DNA of 64,000 bases from a bacterium (GCA_002686365.1 NZBZ01000018.1:32286-96285), one strand, 5' to 3'; positions 20,115 through 29,007 are shown, numbered from the stretch's first letter. Program-made: numbers and translations. The notes: generated by a model from the letters alone, not told the origin.

Positions 20115-20561
20115 TTAGAATTTTAATAGATTAAGACCAACGGATTCATCATGCTCACGCCCGATTTCTCCTTCTTTTATCTCTATAACTGCTTCGAATG
20201 CGCCGCTTACTATAGCAGATTTGCAGTGCCCTGCATATGTTTTAAAATCTCTGTCTCCAAGGACAATGTGGCAGTGCAAATATGGTTTACCCCGAGCATT
20301 GTCGAGGGGCTTTTCATTCTTTCTTGTGATATTTCCAATAAAACTTGTGACTTCATAATTCTCCCCTTCCAGTGTTTTTTCAGAATACTCCTTCTTATCA
20401 GGGTCGTACCAAAGAAGTTCTGCGCGATTTGTTGCGCCAATTGCAGTGATAGAACCTACTTTTATGTTTTCTTTCTCACAAAGCTCTGTTAGTTTTTCTA
20501 TCGCCTCCTCCCCCTTCTCAACACGAACAATATATGTATTTTCCAGTTTTTTATACTGCAT
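20115..20561 (-). CDS. PPC/DUF296 domain protein
   Basis: GEIVS..GNI...G.P..HCHIVLGD..GHC resembles the PPC (DUF296) fold signature. Confidence 0.45.
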   Translation of the reverse strand: MQYKKLENTYIVRVEKGEEAIEKLTELCEKENIKVGSITAIGATNRAELLWYDPDKKEYSEKTLEGENYEVTSFIGNITRKNEKPLDNARGKPYLHCHIVLGDRDFKTYAGHCKSAIVSGAFEAVIEIKEGEIGREHDESVGLNLLKF

Positions 20562-20563
20562 AC

Positions 20564-21259
20564 TTACTTAATGCTTTTTCCAAATACATACTCATAAATT
20601 GGCGTCCACATAAGCCCGAGAGACAGCGCGAATAAGAGTTCTTCTATTGGATATGAAAAGACCATAACTCCACTCAAGCTCTCAAGCGTCCATGGCACTG
20701 GACCAAATATCTTTTCATATAGAAAAAGCGCAATGATGTATATGGTGAAAAATACTCCTGCACCTGATATTGATGCTAATATAAGGTCCTTTCGCTGGAC
20801 TGCGATTACGCCCCATCCAATTAGACTCGCAAGAATCAGATTGTAGATAATGTTCCATGAAAATATATATGCCCCTGCTATGCTGACTACTGGAAATATA
20901 ATAAGCGAGATAATATGATGATGTTTTTTTGTATTTTTTATTCGGTGCGGAGAGACAACTTCGTAAATCACTGCGGCAAGACCTCCTATTCCCAGAGTAA
21001 ACAATACATCTTCGATAGAAACAATGCCTGTAACTCTTCCCAGATTAAACAATGTGTCCGGATTCCAATAATCCGGAATGACTTGCCAGGTAATGTCTGA
21101 TATCTTTCCAAGAAGTATCAGAATAAACGCGAGCGGGATAATAAGAGCTGTATATATTACTCCGCCCCAAATCACTGGCCTCCTAAGATCCTTCCTTAGC
21201 CAAAAGATTATCCCATCCAGCGCTACAACTGAAAGTGTTGCTAAAAGATACCCGTACAT
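20564..21259 (-). CDS. Lycopene cyclase domain-containing membrane protein (CrtYcd-like)
   Basis: A 7-TM protein with two PxE(E/D)-type motifs (SIEDVLF, YPIEELLF) as in heterodimeric/fused lycopene cyclase domains. The IDI gene at 28417 lies nearby. Confidence 0.45.
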   Translation of the reverse strand: MYGYLLATLSVVALDGIIFWLRKDLRRPVIWGGVIYTALIIPLAFILILLGKISDITWQVIPDYWNPDTLFNLGRVTGIVSIEDVLFTLGIGGLAAVIYEVVSPHRIKNTKKHHHIISLIIFPVVSIAGAYIFSWNIIYNLILASLIGWGVIAVQRKDLILASISGAGVFFTIYIIALFLYEKIFGPVPWTLESLSGVMVFSYPIEELLFALSLGLMWTPIYEYVFGKSIK

Positions 21260-21266
21260 AGAATTA

Positions 21267-21566
21267 CTATATTTTCTCTATTTGCTCTTTAATGTACCCT
21301 ACTTCTTCTTCTACTATCTCACTATCATAATCTCCGCTGTGGGCTGTTTCATTTCCGTATGATGGACGCTTTTGATCTAAATGGATATTGAATATAAATG
21401 TATCGCTCTCTTCTTTAATATAGGCGTGGAAACGGGGATAGTCGCGGCCTATTGGACGGACGCAGTTTAACTCTCCGCGATCAGAGTGTCCTATTGGCGT
21501 ATACCCAAGCCTCCGCACAATGGTCTGCAGATTTTCGTTCTTTGGTTTTTTGATCTTGAGCGTCAC
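21267..21566 (-). CDS. Hypothetical protein (GTG start likely)
   Basis: ORF only. Confidence 0.3.
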   Translation of the reverse strand: MTLKIKKPKNENLQTIVRRLGYTPIGHSDRGELNCVRPIGRDYPRFHAYIKEESDTFIFNIHLDQKRPSYGNETAHSGDYDSEIVEEEVGYIKEQIEKI

Positions 21567-21586
21567 GGTTATTCTTTATTTTATCA

Positions 21587-21616
21587 TATACCCCCATTCG
21601 CGCGAATGGGGGTATA
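21587..21616. promoter_or_regulatory. 30-bp perfect palindrome TATACCCCCATTCGCGCGAATGGGGGTATA immediately upstream of the minus-strand gene 21267..21566, at the left edge of a GC-rich island
   Basis: Read directly; a perfect 15+15 inverted repeat. Confidence 0.5.
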
Positions 21617-21729
21617 TAAGATAGCAATATTGTACTTTGTTTATTGGGGATGATACTATTTTTATAGAGTTTGGGGGCGTCTTCCCGAATCTCTTCTTTC
21701 TTTGAGTCGAATGTGCAAGGGGCAAGGAC

Positions 21730-21996
21730 ATGCTCTTTGAGGAACTTGCTCGACATATCGGAGATGATTCGGAACTCCTTCAAAGGATGCATGAGCTCGT
21801 CCACATGGACGATGCCCAGCTTATGACTCCTGAAGGACGAAAGTCGTGGCAGCGCTTTGGAGAGGCTCTTGATCTTGATAAGCGGATGTGGGATTCGCTT
21901 CGTCGATGGAAAGACCAAGACCAAGACACAAGGCGTAATTGGTGGGGTAGGAGTTCTTTTCAGGAGCAATACATCAGAGTAATGTTCCTGGCGTGA
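21730..21996 (+). CDS. Hypothetical small protein in GC-rich island (W/R/D/Q-rich)
   Basis: + strand ORF with an AGGGG..AAGGA upstream and a terminator hairpin at 22059..22090. Confidence 0.35.
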   Translation: MLFEELARHIGDDSELLQRMHELVHMDDAQLMTPEGRKSWQRFGEALDLDKRMWDSLRRWKDQDQDTRRNWWGRSSFQEQYIRVMFLA

Positions 21997-22058
21997 TCCC
22001 TTCAAACCACTTCTTCTGCCTGTGCTGCCTAGCTATGCCCTGCACGACAACGTGCTCG

Positions 22059-22090
22059 CAAGGCACCCGATGAGCGTAGGGTGTCTTTTT
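22059..22090 (+). terminator. Intrinsic terminator (gcaccc-gatgagcgta-gggtgtc + T8)
   Basis: Hairpin followed by tcttttttt on the + strand. Confidence 0.55.
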
Positions 22091-22113
22091 TTATATAAGC
22101 TATTTCTCCAATG

Positions 22114-22140
22114 GCTACGCAGCATGTGTAGCCGTTAAAA
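22114..22140. repeat. Hairpin motif GGCTACGCAGcatgtGTAGCCGTTAAA; a second copy is at 51068..51097
   Basis: About 26 nt are shared between the two loci with 3 mismatches, and both lie inside GC-rich islands. Confidence 0.45.
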
Positions 22141-22159
22141 TTGAGTTTTTTAAGATTTT

Positions 22160-22687
22160 GTGATATCCTTTTGCCCAGATGAGTGCCCTTATGGAGTGGT
22201 TATCCATTGGGCATTCTCCCGGAAATCAGGATCTCGCAACGTGCGGATTTACCGCACATTCAGAGAGGTAGCCTGCATGCCTACTGCGTACACGAATCTG
22301 GCACGCGAACTTCGGAAGTGCCGAGATGGCTCCGTGAGTCAGGACAATGATCCAGATGCCCGCGAGCTGCTTAGGATTACCGCAGCGCTGATCCAGGGTC
22401 TTCTGGGCCTGACCGATGTCCAGCTGAGGTCCTCGCTTTCGAGGGGACTCTTCGGACTTCCCCTTGACCGTTTCGGTAGGTGCGGTAAGCGGACCATGGA
22501 TGCCGTCAACGCGTTTGCGGACGGATGTCTCTCAGACAGTGCGCGAGACGAGTTCCTTCAGCTCATAGGTTCGTCGAGTACTGAGAGAACTCAAGGGCTC
22601 AACCAGATCTGGAAGATCATTGCTTGCTTAGATCGCGTTGCCGAGCCGACCAGGTCATCCGGCGATCTCGCCGCTGCTTCGGCCTGA
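22160..22687 (+). CDS. Hypothetical protein in GC-rich island (true start possibly the Met at 22277, MPTAYTNLAREL..)
   Basis: ORF only. Confidence 0.3.
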   Translation: MISFCPDECPYGVVIHWAFSRKSGSRNVRIYRTFREVACMPTAYTNLARELRKCRDGSVSQDNDPDARELLRITAALIQGLLGLTDVQLRSSLSRGLFGLPLDRFGRCGKRTMDAVNAFADGCLSDSARDEFLQLIGSSSTERTQGLNQIWKIIACLDRVAEPTRSSGDLAAASA

Positions 22688-22747
22688 CTCTGCCCCGCAG
22701 TCATACTATACGCACAGGGCGTCCCTAACCGGACGCCCATTTCTTTT

Positions 22748-23800
22748 TTAAGACTCTATCTTTTCCCACGGGAGATCTGGTTTGCCAAAGTGGCCATATG
22801 CAGCTGTCTGCCTATAAATTGGAGCTTGGAGATTCAGGCGTTCAATAATTGCCTTGGGACGAAAGTCGTACTTGTCCCTTATCTCATTTGCAATACTTTC
22901 CCCATTTTCATTTAAGGCCTCAATCATGACCGGCTCTGCCCGGCCTATAGCGTAGGCTACTGACATAAGACACTTCTTTGCAGCTCCGCGCGCTACAAGA
23001 TTTTTCGCAGCAAAGCGGCACATGTAGGCTGCGGAACGGTCTACTTTTGTAGGATCCTTCCCAGAAAAGCATCCTCCGCCATGCGGTATAAGTCCGCCAT
23101 AGGTATCTACCATAATCTTTCTTCCTGTCAGACCTGCGTCTGCCTCAAATCCGCCTTGGACAAACTTGCCTGTTGGATTTATTAGAACTTCGATTTTTGA
23201 CACGTCTTCTACAAGCGGAGCAATAAGTTTTTCAATAAGAGTTTTTCGAATTTCCTCCTGAGAAACTTCTTCATCATGCTGACAACTTACTAAAATGGTT
23301 TTGATTTCGCCGTCTTCTATAGTGACCTGCGCCTTACCATCCGGACCAAGCCATGGAATCTCTCCCTTCTTTCTTAAGTTCTCAAGTCCATATGTCAGCT
23401 TGTGAACAAGCACAATGCCTTTTGGCAAAAACTCTTCTGTTTCATCTGTTGCATACCCATACATAATACCCTGATCCCCTGCTCCGCCTGTATCCACGCC
23501 TTGAGCAATATCCGGAGATTGCTGAACTATTTGCGTAATAATTTTTAGGTCTTCTTTATATCCGATGTCTGTGTATATATCTCGCGCTAGTTTCTCAAAA
23601 TCTATTTTCGCGCTTGTTGTAATCTCTCCCCCTAGAACAAGAAGTCCGTGGGACCCAAGCACTTCTGCTCCGGCTCGTGTTTTAGGATCGACTTTTAAAC
23701 ACTCATCTAAGATGGCGTCTGAAATCTGGTCACAGACCTTATCTGGATGGCCAGAAGTAACTGATTCGACTGTGTAGACTTTTGGATTGGATAAAATCAT
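22748..23800 (-). CDS. metK: S-adenosylmethionine synthetase
   Basis: GHPDKVCDQISDA, GAGDQG and GGGCFSGKD motifs are all present. Confidence 0.95.
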   Translation of the reverse strand: MILSNPKVYTVESVTSGHPDKVCDQISDAILDECLKVDPKTRAGAEVLGSHGLLVLGGEITTSAKIDFEKLARDIYTDIGYKEDLKIITQIVQQSPDIAQGVDTGGAGDQGIMYGYATDETEEFLPKGIVLVHKLTYGLENLRKKGEIPWLGPDGKAQVTIEDGEIKTILVSCQHDEEVSQEEIRKTLIEKLIAPLVEDVSKIEVLINPTGKFVQGGFEADAGLTGRKIMVDTYGGLIPHGGGCFSGKDPTKVDRSAAYMCRFAAKNLVARGAAKKCLMSVAYAIGRAEPVMIEALNENGESIANEIRDKYDFRPKAIIERLNLQAPIYRQTAAYGHFGKPDLPWEKIES

Positions 23801-23904
23801 GCTCGCGAATTTGCACGAATGTGGACACGAATGTCACGAATATTGGTGAAATTTGTGCTTATATTTGTGCTTATTAGTGATTAAACAAATAATCTCCCAA
23901 GAAG

Positions 23905-24025
23905 GAAGATTCGACTTAGTTATCTTTCCCATTTGGGACTGGATTTGGCACCTTTCTTACAGTGTCACCTGTAAGCGGTTGCCGGCGGATCATTGGGCCA
24001 GTTCCCTTACCGCACTCTTAATAAT
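23905..24025 (-). promoter_or_regulatory. SAM-I (S-box) riboswitch in the metK leader
   Basis: The minus-strand RNA reads UAUUAAGAGUGCGGUAAGGGAACUGGCCCAAUGAUCCGCCGGCAACC GCUUACAGGUGACACUGUAAG AAAGGUGCCAAAUCCAGUCCCAAAUGGGAAAGAUAACUAAG. This matches the SAM-I consensus (AAGAG.GG.AGGGA.CUGGCCC.AUGA..C.GGCAACC ... AAGGUGC.AAAUCC.G ... GAAAGAU.A) and keeps the P1/P3/P4 pairings. Confidence 0.85.
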
Positions 24026-24176
24026 TATTTAATTGTATTTTTATTTTATTATTTATTTTTATAGAAGTCAATATACTTTTGTGGATATTCTTATGTTGAC
24101 AGCAGTTAAGTTAGAGGAGTAGTGTGATTATAGGATTTCGACATGTGCGTTGGGGAGATCCTTGGAGGACACTCCT

Positions 24177-24314
24177 ATGGAGTGGATACTCTTGCTAAGC
24201 GGCATAGCTCTAGTCGTGCTTCTCGTTGTGCTACTGTTTCGCGGCAGCAGAAGACGAGCCAAAGAACGCTGGAAGCGTTCGGCTCGCGCTGACGCAAACA
24301 CGTCTACGGCATAG
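24177..24314 (+). CDS. 45-aa hydrophobic peptide MEWILLLSGIALVVLLVVLLFRGSRRRAKERWKRSARADANTSTA (single TM + basic tail); below the ORF-track size cutoff
   Basis: A GGAGG sits 8 nt upstream of the ATG, a strong terminator follows 40 nt downstream, and the segment is GC-richer than its flanks. Confidence 0.45.
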   Translation: MEWILLLSGIALVVLLVVLLFRGSRRRAKERWKRSARADANTSTA

Positions 24315-24352
24315 ACTCGACGAGTCACTGTAGTCGACGAATCCAACACCGC

Positions 24353-24395
24353 GTTGCATTGGTTCTTCCGTGCAACGCGATTTTATTTTAATTTC
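24353..24395 (+). terminator. Intrinsic terminator (cgcgttgca-ttggttcttccg-tgcaacgcg + attttatttt)
   Basis: A 9-bp GC stem is followed by a T-run. Confidence 0.65.
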
Positions 24396-24403
24396 TGTTC
24401 CTA

Positions 24404-25378
24404 TTACTTAATAAGCCCCTTAAACTCCTCTACCATTGGAACCTGTTCTGGTTCAAGTCCATAGAAATCTGCTGTGTAATATGCAGCCCAATCTGCAAGA
24501 ATAAGAGAAGAAAAAATCTTTTCAAATTCTGTCTCTCCCTCTAGCGCCACTTCTTTTACTGGAAGCTTTCTGTCTTTGTAGAGTTCCTTCAGCACCTTCA
24601 TCCTTTTTTGTGTGCCATCTTGATCACTTGCGTCTTTTAAAAATATGAAAGAGAAATTTTTTGACAGCTCTTTTGTTGGGCTCTGAACATCAAATCCTGT
24701 CATCTCATTATGATTTAATTCCGGCAGGATATTGCAGAATGCAGGAACTTTTCCTGTCTCATTAAACTTAATCTTCCAGTTATATGCTATTGGTCCGTTT
24801 CTGGTTCCAGAGTAAATTACTGGCACCTTTCCTTTTAACTCTTTTGCAAGATCGTGCCCTTTCTGCTCTAGGGCTCCGGGATCCAGTGTTTCTGTAAGCT
24901 CTTTTATTTCCTCAAGCGTGTCCTCTTCTCCTATAAGCTTTAAAAGCCCTTTGAAGCTTAGTCCGAGAGCAGAGCGTGGCTGGATACCAGTATTCGGCAT
25001 CTTAATATATGGAGTCTCTGTTTTTTTCGCGAGTTTGATAAGCTCTCCTCCGGTTGAAATTACTGCTATTTGCAGATTTTTTTCTTTTGCCTTTTCAAAC
25101 GCATCAACTGTTTCTTCTGTATTTCCTGAGTATGAGCTTACGATAATTAAACGATTTTCCAAATCCTCTAAAGAAAGAGGAGGGAGTCCATAATCTTTGT
25201 GAATTATGAGATCAAGATATGGATTCCAGACTTTTAAGAGGTCTGCCGCAAGATGAGACCCGCCCATGCCGATTACTACGAACTTTCCTTTTGATTCAAG
25301 GTTGTCTTTGTTTTCTATCTTTGGCTCATAGGAAAACTGTTTTGGAAAGTTCTCTATGGCAGTTTTCATCCCTCCCAT
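24404..25378 (-). CDS. Bifunctional phosphoglucose/phosphomannose isomerase (SIS-domain, archaeal-type PGI/PMI)
   Basis: N-terminal SIS domain with GMGGSHLAADLL; ~320 aa in length. Confidence 0.65.
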   Translation of the reverse strand: MGGMKTAIENFPKQFSYEPKIENKDNLESKGKFVVIGMGGSHLAADLLKVWNPYLDLIIHKDYGLPPLSLEDLENRLIIVSSYSGNTEETVDAFEKAKEKNLQIAVISTGGELIKLAKKTETPYIKMPNTGIQPRSALGLSFKGLLKLIGEEDTLEEIKELTETLDPGALEQKGHDLAKELKGKVPVIYSGTRNGPIAYNWKIKFNETGKVPAFCNILPELNHNEMTGFDVQSPTKELSKNFSFIFLKDASDQDGTQKRMKVLKELYKDRKLPVKEVALEGETEFEKIFSSLILADWAAYYTADFYGLEPEQVPMVEEFKGLIK

Positions 25379-25477
25379 AACTTTAATATTGTATATTAGA
25401 TTTTTTCGACTTATACATCTTTTTTAAATATTTGCCCTGTTCTTTACGCATAACCCTTAGTTATGTGAGGGATTCAT
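25368..25477. repeat. TIR element copy E (left arm catccctcCcataac, conserved core ttttcgacttatacat, right arm gttatgtgagggattcat), ending at the PGI/PMI start
   Basis: Alignment with copies A-D. Confidence 0.6.
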
Positions 25478-25484
25478 GCTCATA

Positions 25485-26195
25485 TTATTTCACTAGCTTA
25501 TCTATTAGCTTTAATGCCTCATCAGCACTATTGACCAGATGATAAAGCTTCATATCCTCTTTATCTATTGCCTTATTCTTTTTGTATACGGTTTCTTCAA
25601 TGAAGTCCAGTAAGGGTGTCCAGTATTCTTTGCCAACAAGAATTATTGGAATGGATTTTATTTTATCTGTTTGTACAAGTGTTGTTATCTCAAAAAACTC
25701 ATCAAGCGTTCCAAGCCCTCCGGGAAAGAAGATATAGACTTCAGATGCAAACGCGAGCATTACTTTACGCGTAAAAAAGTAGTGAAATGCCTCACCGTCT
25801 TTTACATACTTGTTTCTTCTCTGCTCCTGCGGAAGCTGAATGTTTAATCCTACAGACGCCCCCTTTGCCTCATATGCCCCCTTATTTGCTGCCTCCATTA
25901 TTCCCGGTCCCCCTCCGGTAATAATCGCAAAATCCTTTTTTGCCAGTTTATATGCCAGTTTTGTTGCCTCCCTATACATTTCCTGCTTGATTCCGCACCT
26001 GGATGTTCCGAAGAAGGTTGCTGCCATTTCATATCTCTGAAGAATCTCAAATCCTTTCACAAACTCGCTTAATACCTTGAAAATTCTCCAAGATTCATCT
26101 TCCTGCAGATGAGAGCTTAAGACGTTTTGTATTCGCTTTGGAACTGCCCAGTCTTTCTTATGAAGCGCCTCGTGCTGTTTTTGTTTCTTTTTCAT
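25485..26195 (-). CDS. LOG family protein (cytokinin riboside 5'-monophosphate phosphoribohydrolase-like)
   Basis: The GGGPGIMEA and PGGLGTLDE motifs are present. Confidence 0.8.
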   Translation of the reverse strand: MKKKQKQHEALHKKDWAVPKRIQNVLSSHLQEDESWRIFKVLSEFVKGFEILQRYEMAATFFGTSRCGIKQEMYREATKLAYKLAKKDFAIITGGGPGIMEAANKGAYEAKGASVGLNIQLPQEQRRNKYVKDGEAFHYFFTRKVMLAFASEVYIFFPGGLGTLDEFFEITTLVQTDKIKSIPIILVGKEYWTPLLDFIEETVYKKNKAIDKEDMKLYHLVNSADEALKLIDKLVK

Positions 26196-26297
26196 CCCTC
26201 ACATAAAACACACTTTGAGATATTCATGTGTGCTATTTTTATGTTTTCGACTGTAAACATACTTTGTTTTCTCCCGCACGTTATGTGAGGGATTCAT
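26193..26297. repeat. TIR element copy A (catccctcacataa ... gttatgtgagggattcat) filling the junction between genes 26281..26601 and 25485..26195
   Basis: See the finding on the TIR element family. Confidence 0.65.
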
Positions 26298-26601
26298 ACT
26301 TTTTATTATACAGGATTTTGTGTTTCGACATTTTTTTCAAGTGCTCTTCTAATTTCTTTGGATCAGAGCTTACAAAGAAAACTTCCTGAACACCTTGTGA
26401 ATGGGCAATACACTTTAGACCGCTTTTTGTGCAGTACTGTATACGAATTGCAAATGGACTTCCCTTTCTTTTAGGCTTTATGCGGCCGGGATTTATAGCA
26501 TCTATCTCAGGCCACAGCTCTATCTTTTGTAGAAAACTTTCAAGACCTGCTATAAGTCCGTGTTGAAGTTTAATTTTGGATCTCTTCCTGTGGCGCATCA
26601 T
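26281..26601 (-). CDS. Hypothetical basic protein; its last codons (YESLT*) are supplied by TIR element copy A
   Basis: ORF only. Confidence 0.3.
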   Translation of the reverse strand: MMRHRKRSKIKLQHGLIAGLESFLQKIELWPEIDAINPGRIKPKRKGSPFAIRIQYCTKSGLKCIAHSQGVQEVFFVSSDPKKLEEHLKKMSKHKILYNKKYESLT

Positions 26602-27811
26602 TTTTTAAAGCTTCCCATGTATATGTGTTACTTGGGTCCCAAAGCAAGTAGCCGGCATAGTCATCCCCCATTGCGTCTTTGGTTGCTCTAATCTGGTCAC
26701 GTACCATCTCTTCAGTGTATGGAACTTCAAGGTCAAAGTCCTGCAGCCATGGGCGTATTGCAGATCTTGCCTGTGTTGTTGTTGACATTGCTTTGAGCCG
26801 TCTTTTTGCATGCTCCATAGAGTAATGAACTACCTCGTACGGATGCTCTGCAGAATTTTCAAATCCGAGGAAGGACTTTACATAGTGGGATGGGTAGATC
26901 ATGGGCGCAACTGCATCAAAGTACTCATAAGCATCTTCTATGACCTGCCCTATTCCCATGTCATTTCCATAGGTTACTGTTGTCTGTCCGAATATATCCG
27001 CGGAGATTTTTGTTCCTGCAAGCTCCTGCCTTATATATTCAAAAAAGTTTTTGATTGCTGTTTCTCTACGCGTGTTCTCATCCCATGAGAAAAAGTATGT
27101 GTTTTCTATTCCCGCGTCTGATGGAAAGCGGATGTAATCAAAGTTTATCTCATCAAAGCCGCGGCTTGCAGCGTCTTTTGCAATGTTTGCAGTGTACTCC
27201 CACGCCTCGCGCGATGCAGGATCTATCCAGCCAACGTCATGATTGTCCAGCCAGAGTGTTTCTACAGAGATTGGAGTAGATGAGCTTATTTTCGTAATGT
27301 CATGGATAGCAAGGTCTGGCCGGGCCGTAGAAAGCACTGGGTCCTGAAATACTGTCATGCGGGCAATAACATAAATTCCCGCATCATGAAGTTTTTTTAT
27401 CACACCGTTTACATCTTTAATTCTGTTCTCCTGCGCATTGTACTTTTTCAGCTCTGGAATATCTGTTTCATATGAGAGAACTCCTGTGAAATCTTTAATA
27501 TCCATAATTACTGCGTTTATTTCTGAATCTTGGGCAAGTCGGATAACATTGCTGATTGTTCCTGAATTTGCCGCTGACCATGCAGTAAGATAGATTCCAT
27601 TTATAACTTTTGGAGGATTTGGAAGGGGTTTCTGGGCTGGAGTTTCTTTTCTTATAATTGGAGCAAGTATTTTTTCTACAAGAGTTGCTTTTTCTTCCTG
27701 TTCGGAATCTTCTATCTCTACATCAAAACTGTTTCCAACTAAAAATCCAAATCCAAATGGAATTGCTATAATAACGATAATTATGAGCGCTGGGTAGATT
27801 ATTTTCCTCAT
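26570..27811 (-). CDS. Secreted GHL10/DUF4015-like putative glycoside-hydrolase TIM-barrel protein (YngK-like)
   Basis: N-terminal TM/signal segment plus GIYLTAWSA..INAVIMDIKD..IYVIARMTVFQD..WLDNHDVGWIDP, which is typical of GH-like family 10. Confidence 0.45.
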   Translation of the reverse strand: MRKIIYPALIIIVIIAIPFGFGFLVGNSFDVEIEDSEQEEKATLVEKILAPIIRKETPAQKPLPNPPKVINGIYLTAWSAANSGTISNVIRLAQDSEINAVIMDIKDFTGVLSYETDIPELKKYNAQENRIKDVNGVIKKLHDAGIYVIARMTVFQDPVLSTARPDLAIHDITKISSSTPISVETLWLDNHDVGWIDPASREAWEYTANIAKDAASRGFDEINFDYIRFPSDAGIENTYFFSWDENTRRETAIKNFFEYIRQELAGTKISADIFGQTTVTYGNDMGIGQVIEDAYEYFDAVAPMIYPSHYVKSFLGFENSAEHPYEVVHYSMEHAKRRLKAMSTTTQARSAIRPWLQDFDLEVPYTEEMVRDQIRATKDAMGDDYAGYLLWDPSNTYTWEALKNDAPQEEIQN

Positions 27812-27917
27812 CCCTCACATAACACGCACTTCAAGGCACCTTTTCGTGTGCGTGCTATTTTAATGCTTTCGACTGTATACATAATATTTCTCTTTACGTG
27901 TTATGTGAGGGACTCAT
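27809..27917. repeat. TIR element copy B
   Basis: catccctcacataac...ctttcgactgtatacat...gttatgtgagggactcat; flanked by ATGA on the minus strand, giving the stop of the DHFR-like gene and the start of the GH-like gene. Confidence 0.65.
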
Positions 27918-28420
27918 TTTTTCTTGTAATGGAGCAGAATTGAGCCCTGTTTATTTAATTTCTTTGTGCTTACTAGCGTAAATTTCTTATCGTGTTTTTC
28001 ACTAAATAGGCCTATCCCCTGTCCGAATACAATAGGTTCTATTGTAAGATAGAGTTCATCAAATAGTCCATTCTTGAGGCAGAAGCTGTATGTCTCTGCT
28101 CCTCCCAAGATATTTATGCGCTTGTATCTAAGGTCTTTAATCAGCTTTTTTAAGTCTAGATTCTTGGGATTGCAATAGAGGAGGTTCTTTACTTTTTTTA
28201 CTGTTCTTGTTTTGCGCGTGAAAACTATGCAGTTTCGTTTTGAAAGATATGTTCGTGCTGTTTTGTAGGTATTGTTGCCTACTATTATCGCATCTCCCTT
28301 TTCAAGTTCTTTTCGGAAAAATATCTTGTCCTCTTTGCTTGTCCAATCTGTGAAGTGTCGAGAGTTTTTAGCAATCTTGCCGTCTAATGTTATTGCAGCA
28401 AGAGCTATATACTTTGTCAT
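27914..28420 (-). CDS. Dihydrofolate reductase family protein
   Basis: ~168 aa; LAAITLDGKIA...IVGNNTY...ILGGAETY matches the DHFR/RibD-C fold pattern. Confidence 0.5.
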   Translation of the reverse strand: MTKYIALAAITLDGKIAKNSRHFTDWTSKEDKIFFRKELEKGDAIIVGNNTYKTARTYLSKRNCIVFTRKTRTVKKVKNLLYCNPKNLDLKKLIKDLRYKRINILGGAETYSFCLKNGLFDELYLTIEPIVFGQGIGLFSEKHDKKFTLVSTKKLNKQGSILLHYKKK

Positions 28421-28986
28421 TCTTCAAGAAGTTTTTTTAGTTTTTCGTTTTCTTTTAAGATTGCCACCTCCTCAATGCACCATTCAGAGTATCTTTCTGG
28501 ATGCTCTTCTGTTTCTTTTACAAACTCCTCCCATGGCACCCATCTTACTGCCTCAACTTCCTTTGGGTTTAGATTTGGGTCCTTATCTGTTTTTCCAATA
28601 AGAATGGGACAGATTTCATTTTCCATTACTCCATCCCTTGTGAACTTGTATCTATATAGAGAGGCCTCTTCTATGTGCTCTACGTGAAGTCCTAATTCAT
28701 CTTTTAGGCGTCGTTTTACTGCATCTGCATTTGATTCATTAAGCGCTGGATGGCCGCATAAAGAATTAGACCACACAAGAGGCCATGTTTTCTTCTCGTG
28801 ACTTCTCTGCTGCAAAAGAAGGTCTTTGCCCTTAAAAATAAAGGCAGAAAAGCCGCGATGCAAAGGAGTCTCTTTAGTATGCACCTCAGACTTTGGCATT
28901 GTTCCGAGGACATTATTATCTTGGTCTACAAGGACCACATGTTCAGTCATGAGTGTTAGTGTATCTAAATATGTATAGTTCTGCAA
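28417..28986 (-). CDS. idi: Isopentenyl-diphosphate delta-isomerase type 1 (Nudix)
   Basis: WSNSLCGHP (the IDI-1 WTNTCCSHP-like motif) and a Nudix box RRLKDELG are present. Confidence 0.65.
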   Translation of the reverse strand: MQNYTYLDTLTLMTEHVVLVDQDNNVLGTMPKSEVHTKETPLHRGFSAFIFKGKDLLLQQRSHEKKTWPLVWSNSLCGHPALNESNADAVKRRLKDELGLHVEHIEEASLYRYKFTRDGVMENEICPILIGKTDKDPNLNPKEVEAVRWVPWEEFVKETEEHPERYSEWCIEEVAILKENEKLKKLLEE

Positions 28987-29007
28987 TTTTCTAAGGCAGT
29001 CTTTTTT

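Noticed and set aside
23860-24030. Possible tRNA-like stem-loops (cttaca-gtgtcacc-tgtaag, GTCGAATC)
   Set aside because: The helices belong to the SAM-I riboswitch (P3 and the P1/expression platform). There is no acceptor/T-arm geometry and no tRNA was found in the window.
26193-26297. Conserved core CAGUCGAAA of the TIR elements considered as a hammerhead-like self-cleaving ribozyme
   Set aside because: No CUGAUGA box or appropriate three-helix junction could be identified by eye. The call is left as an unclassified structured repeat.
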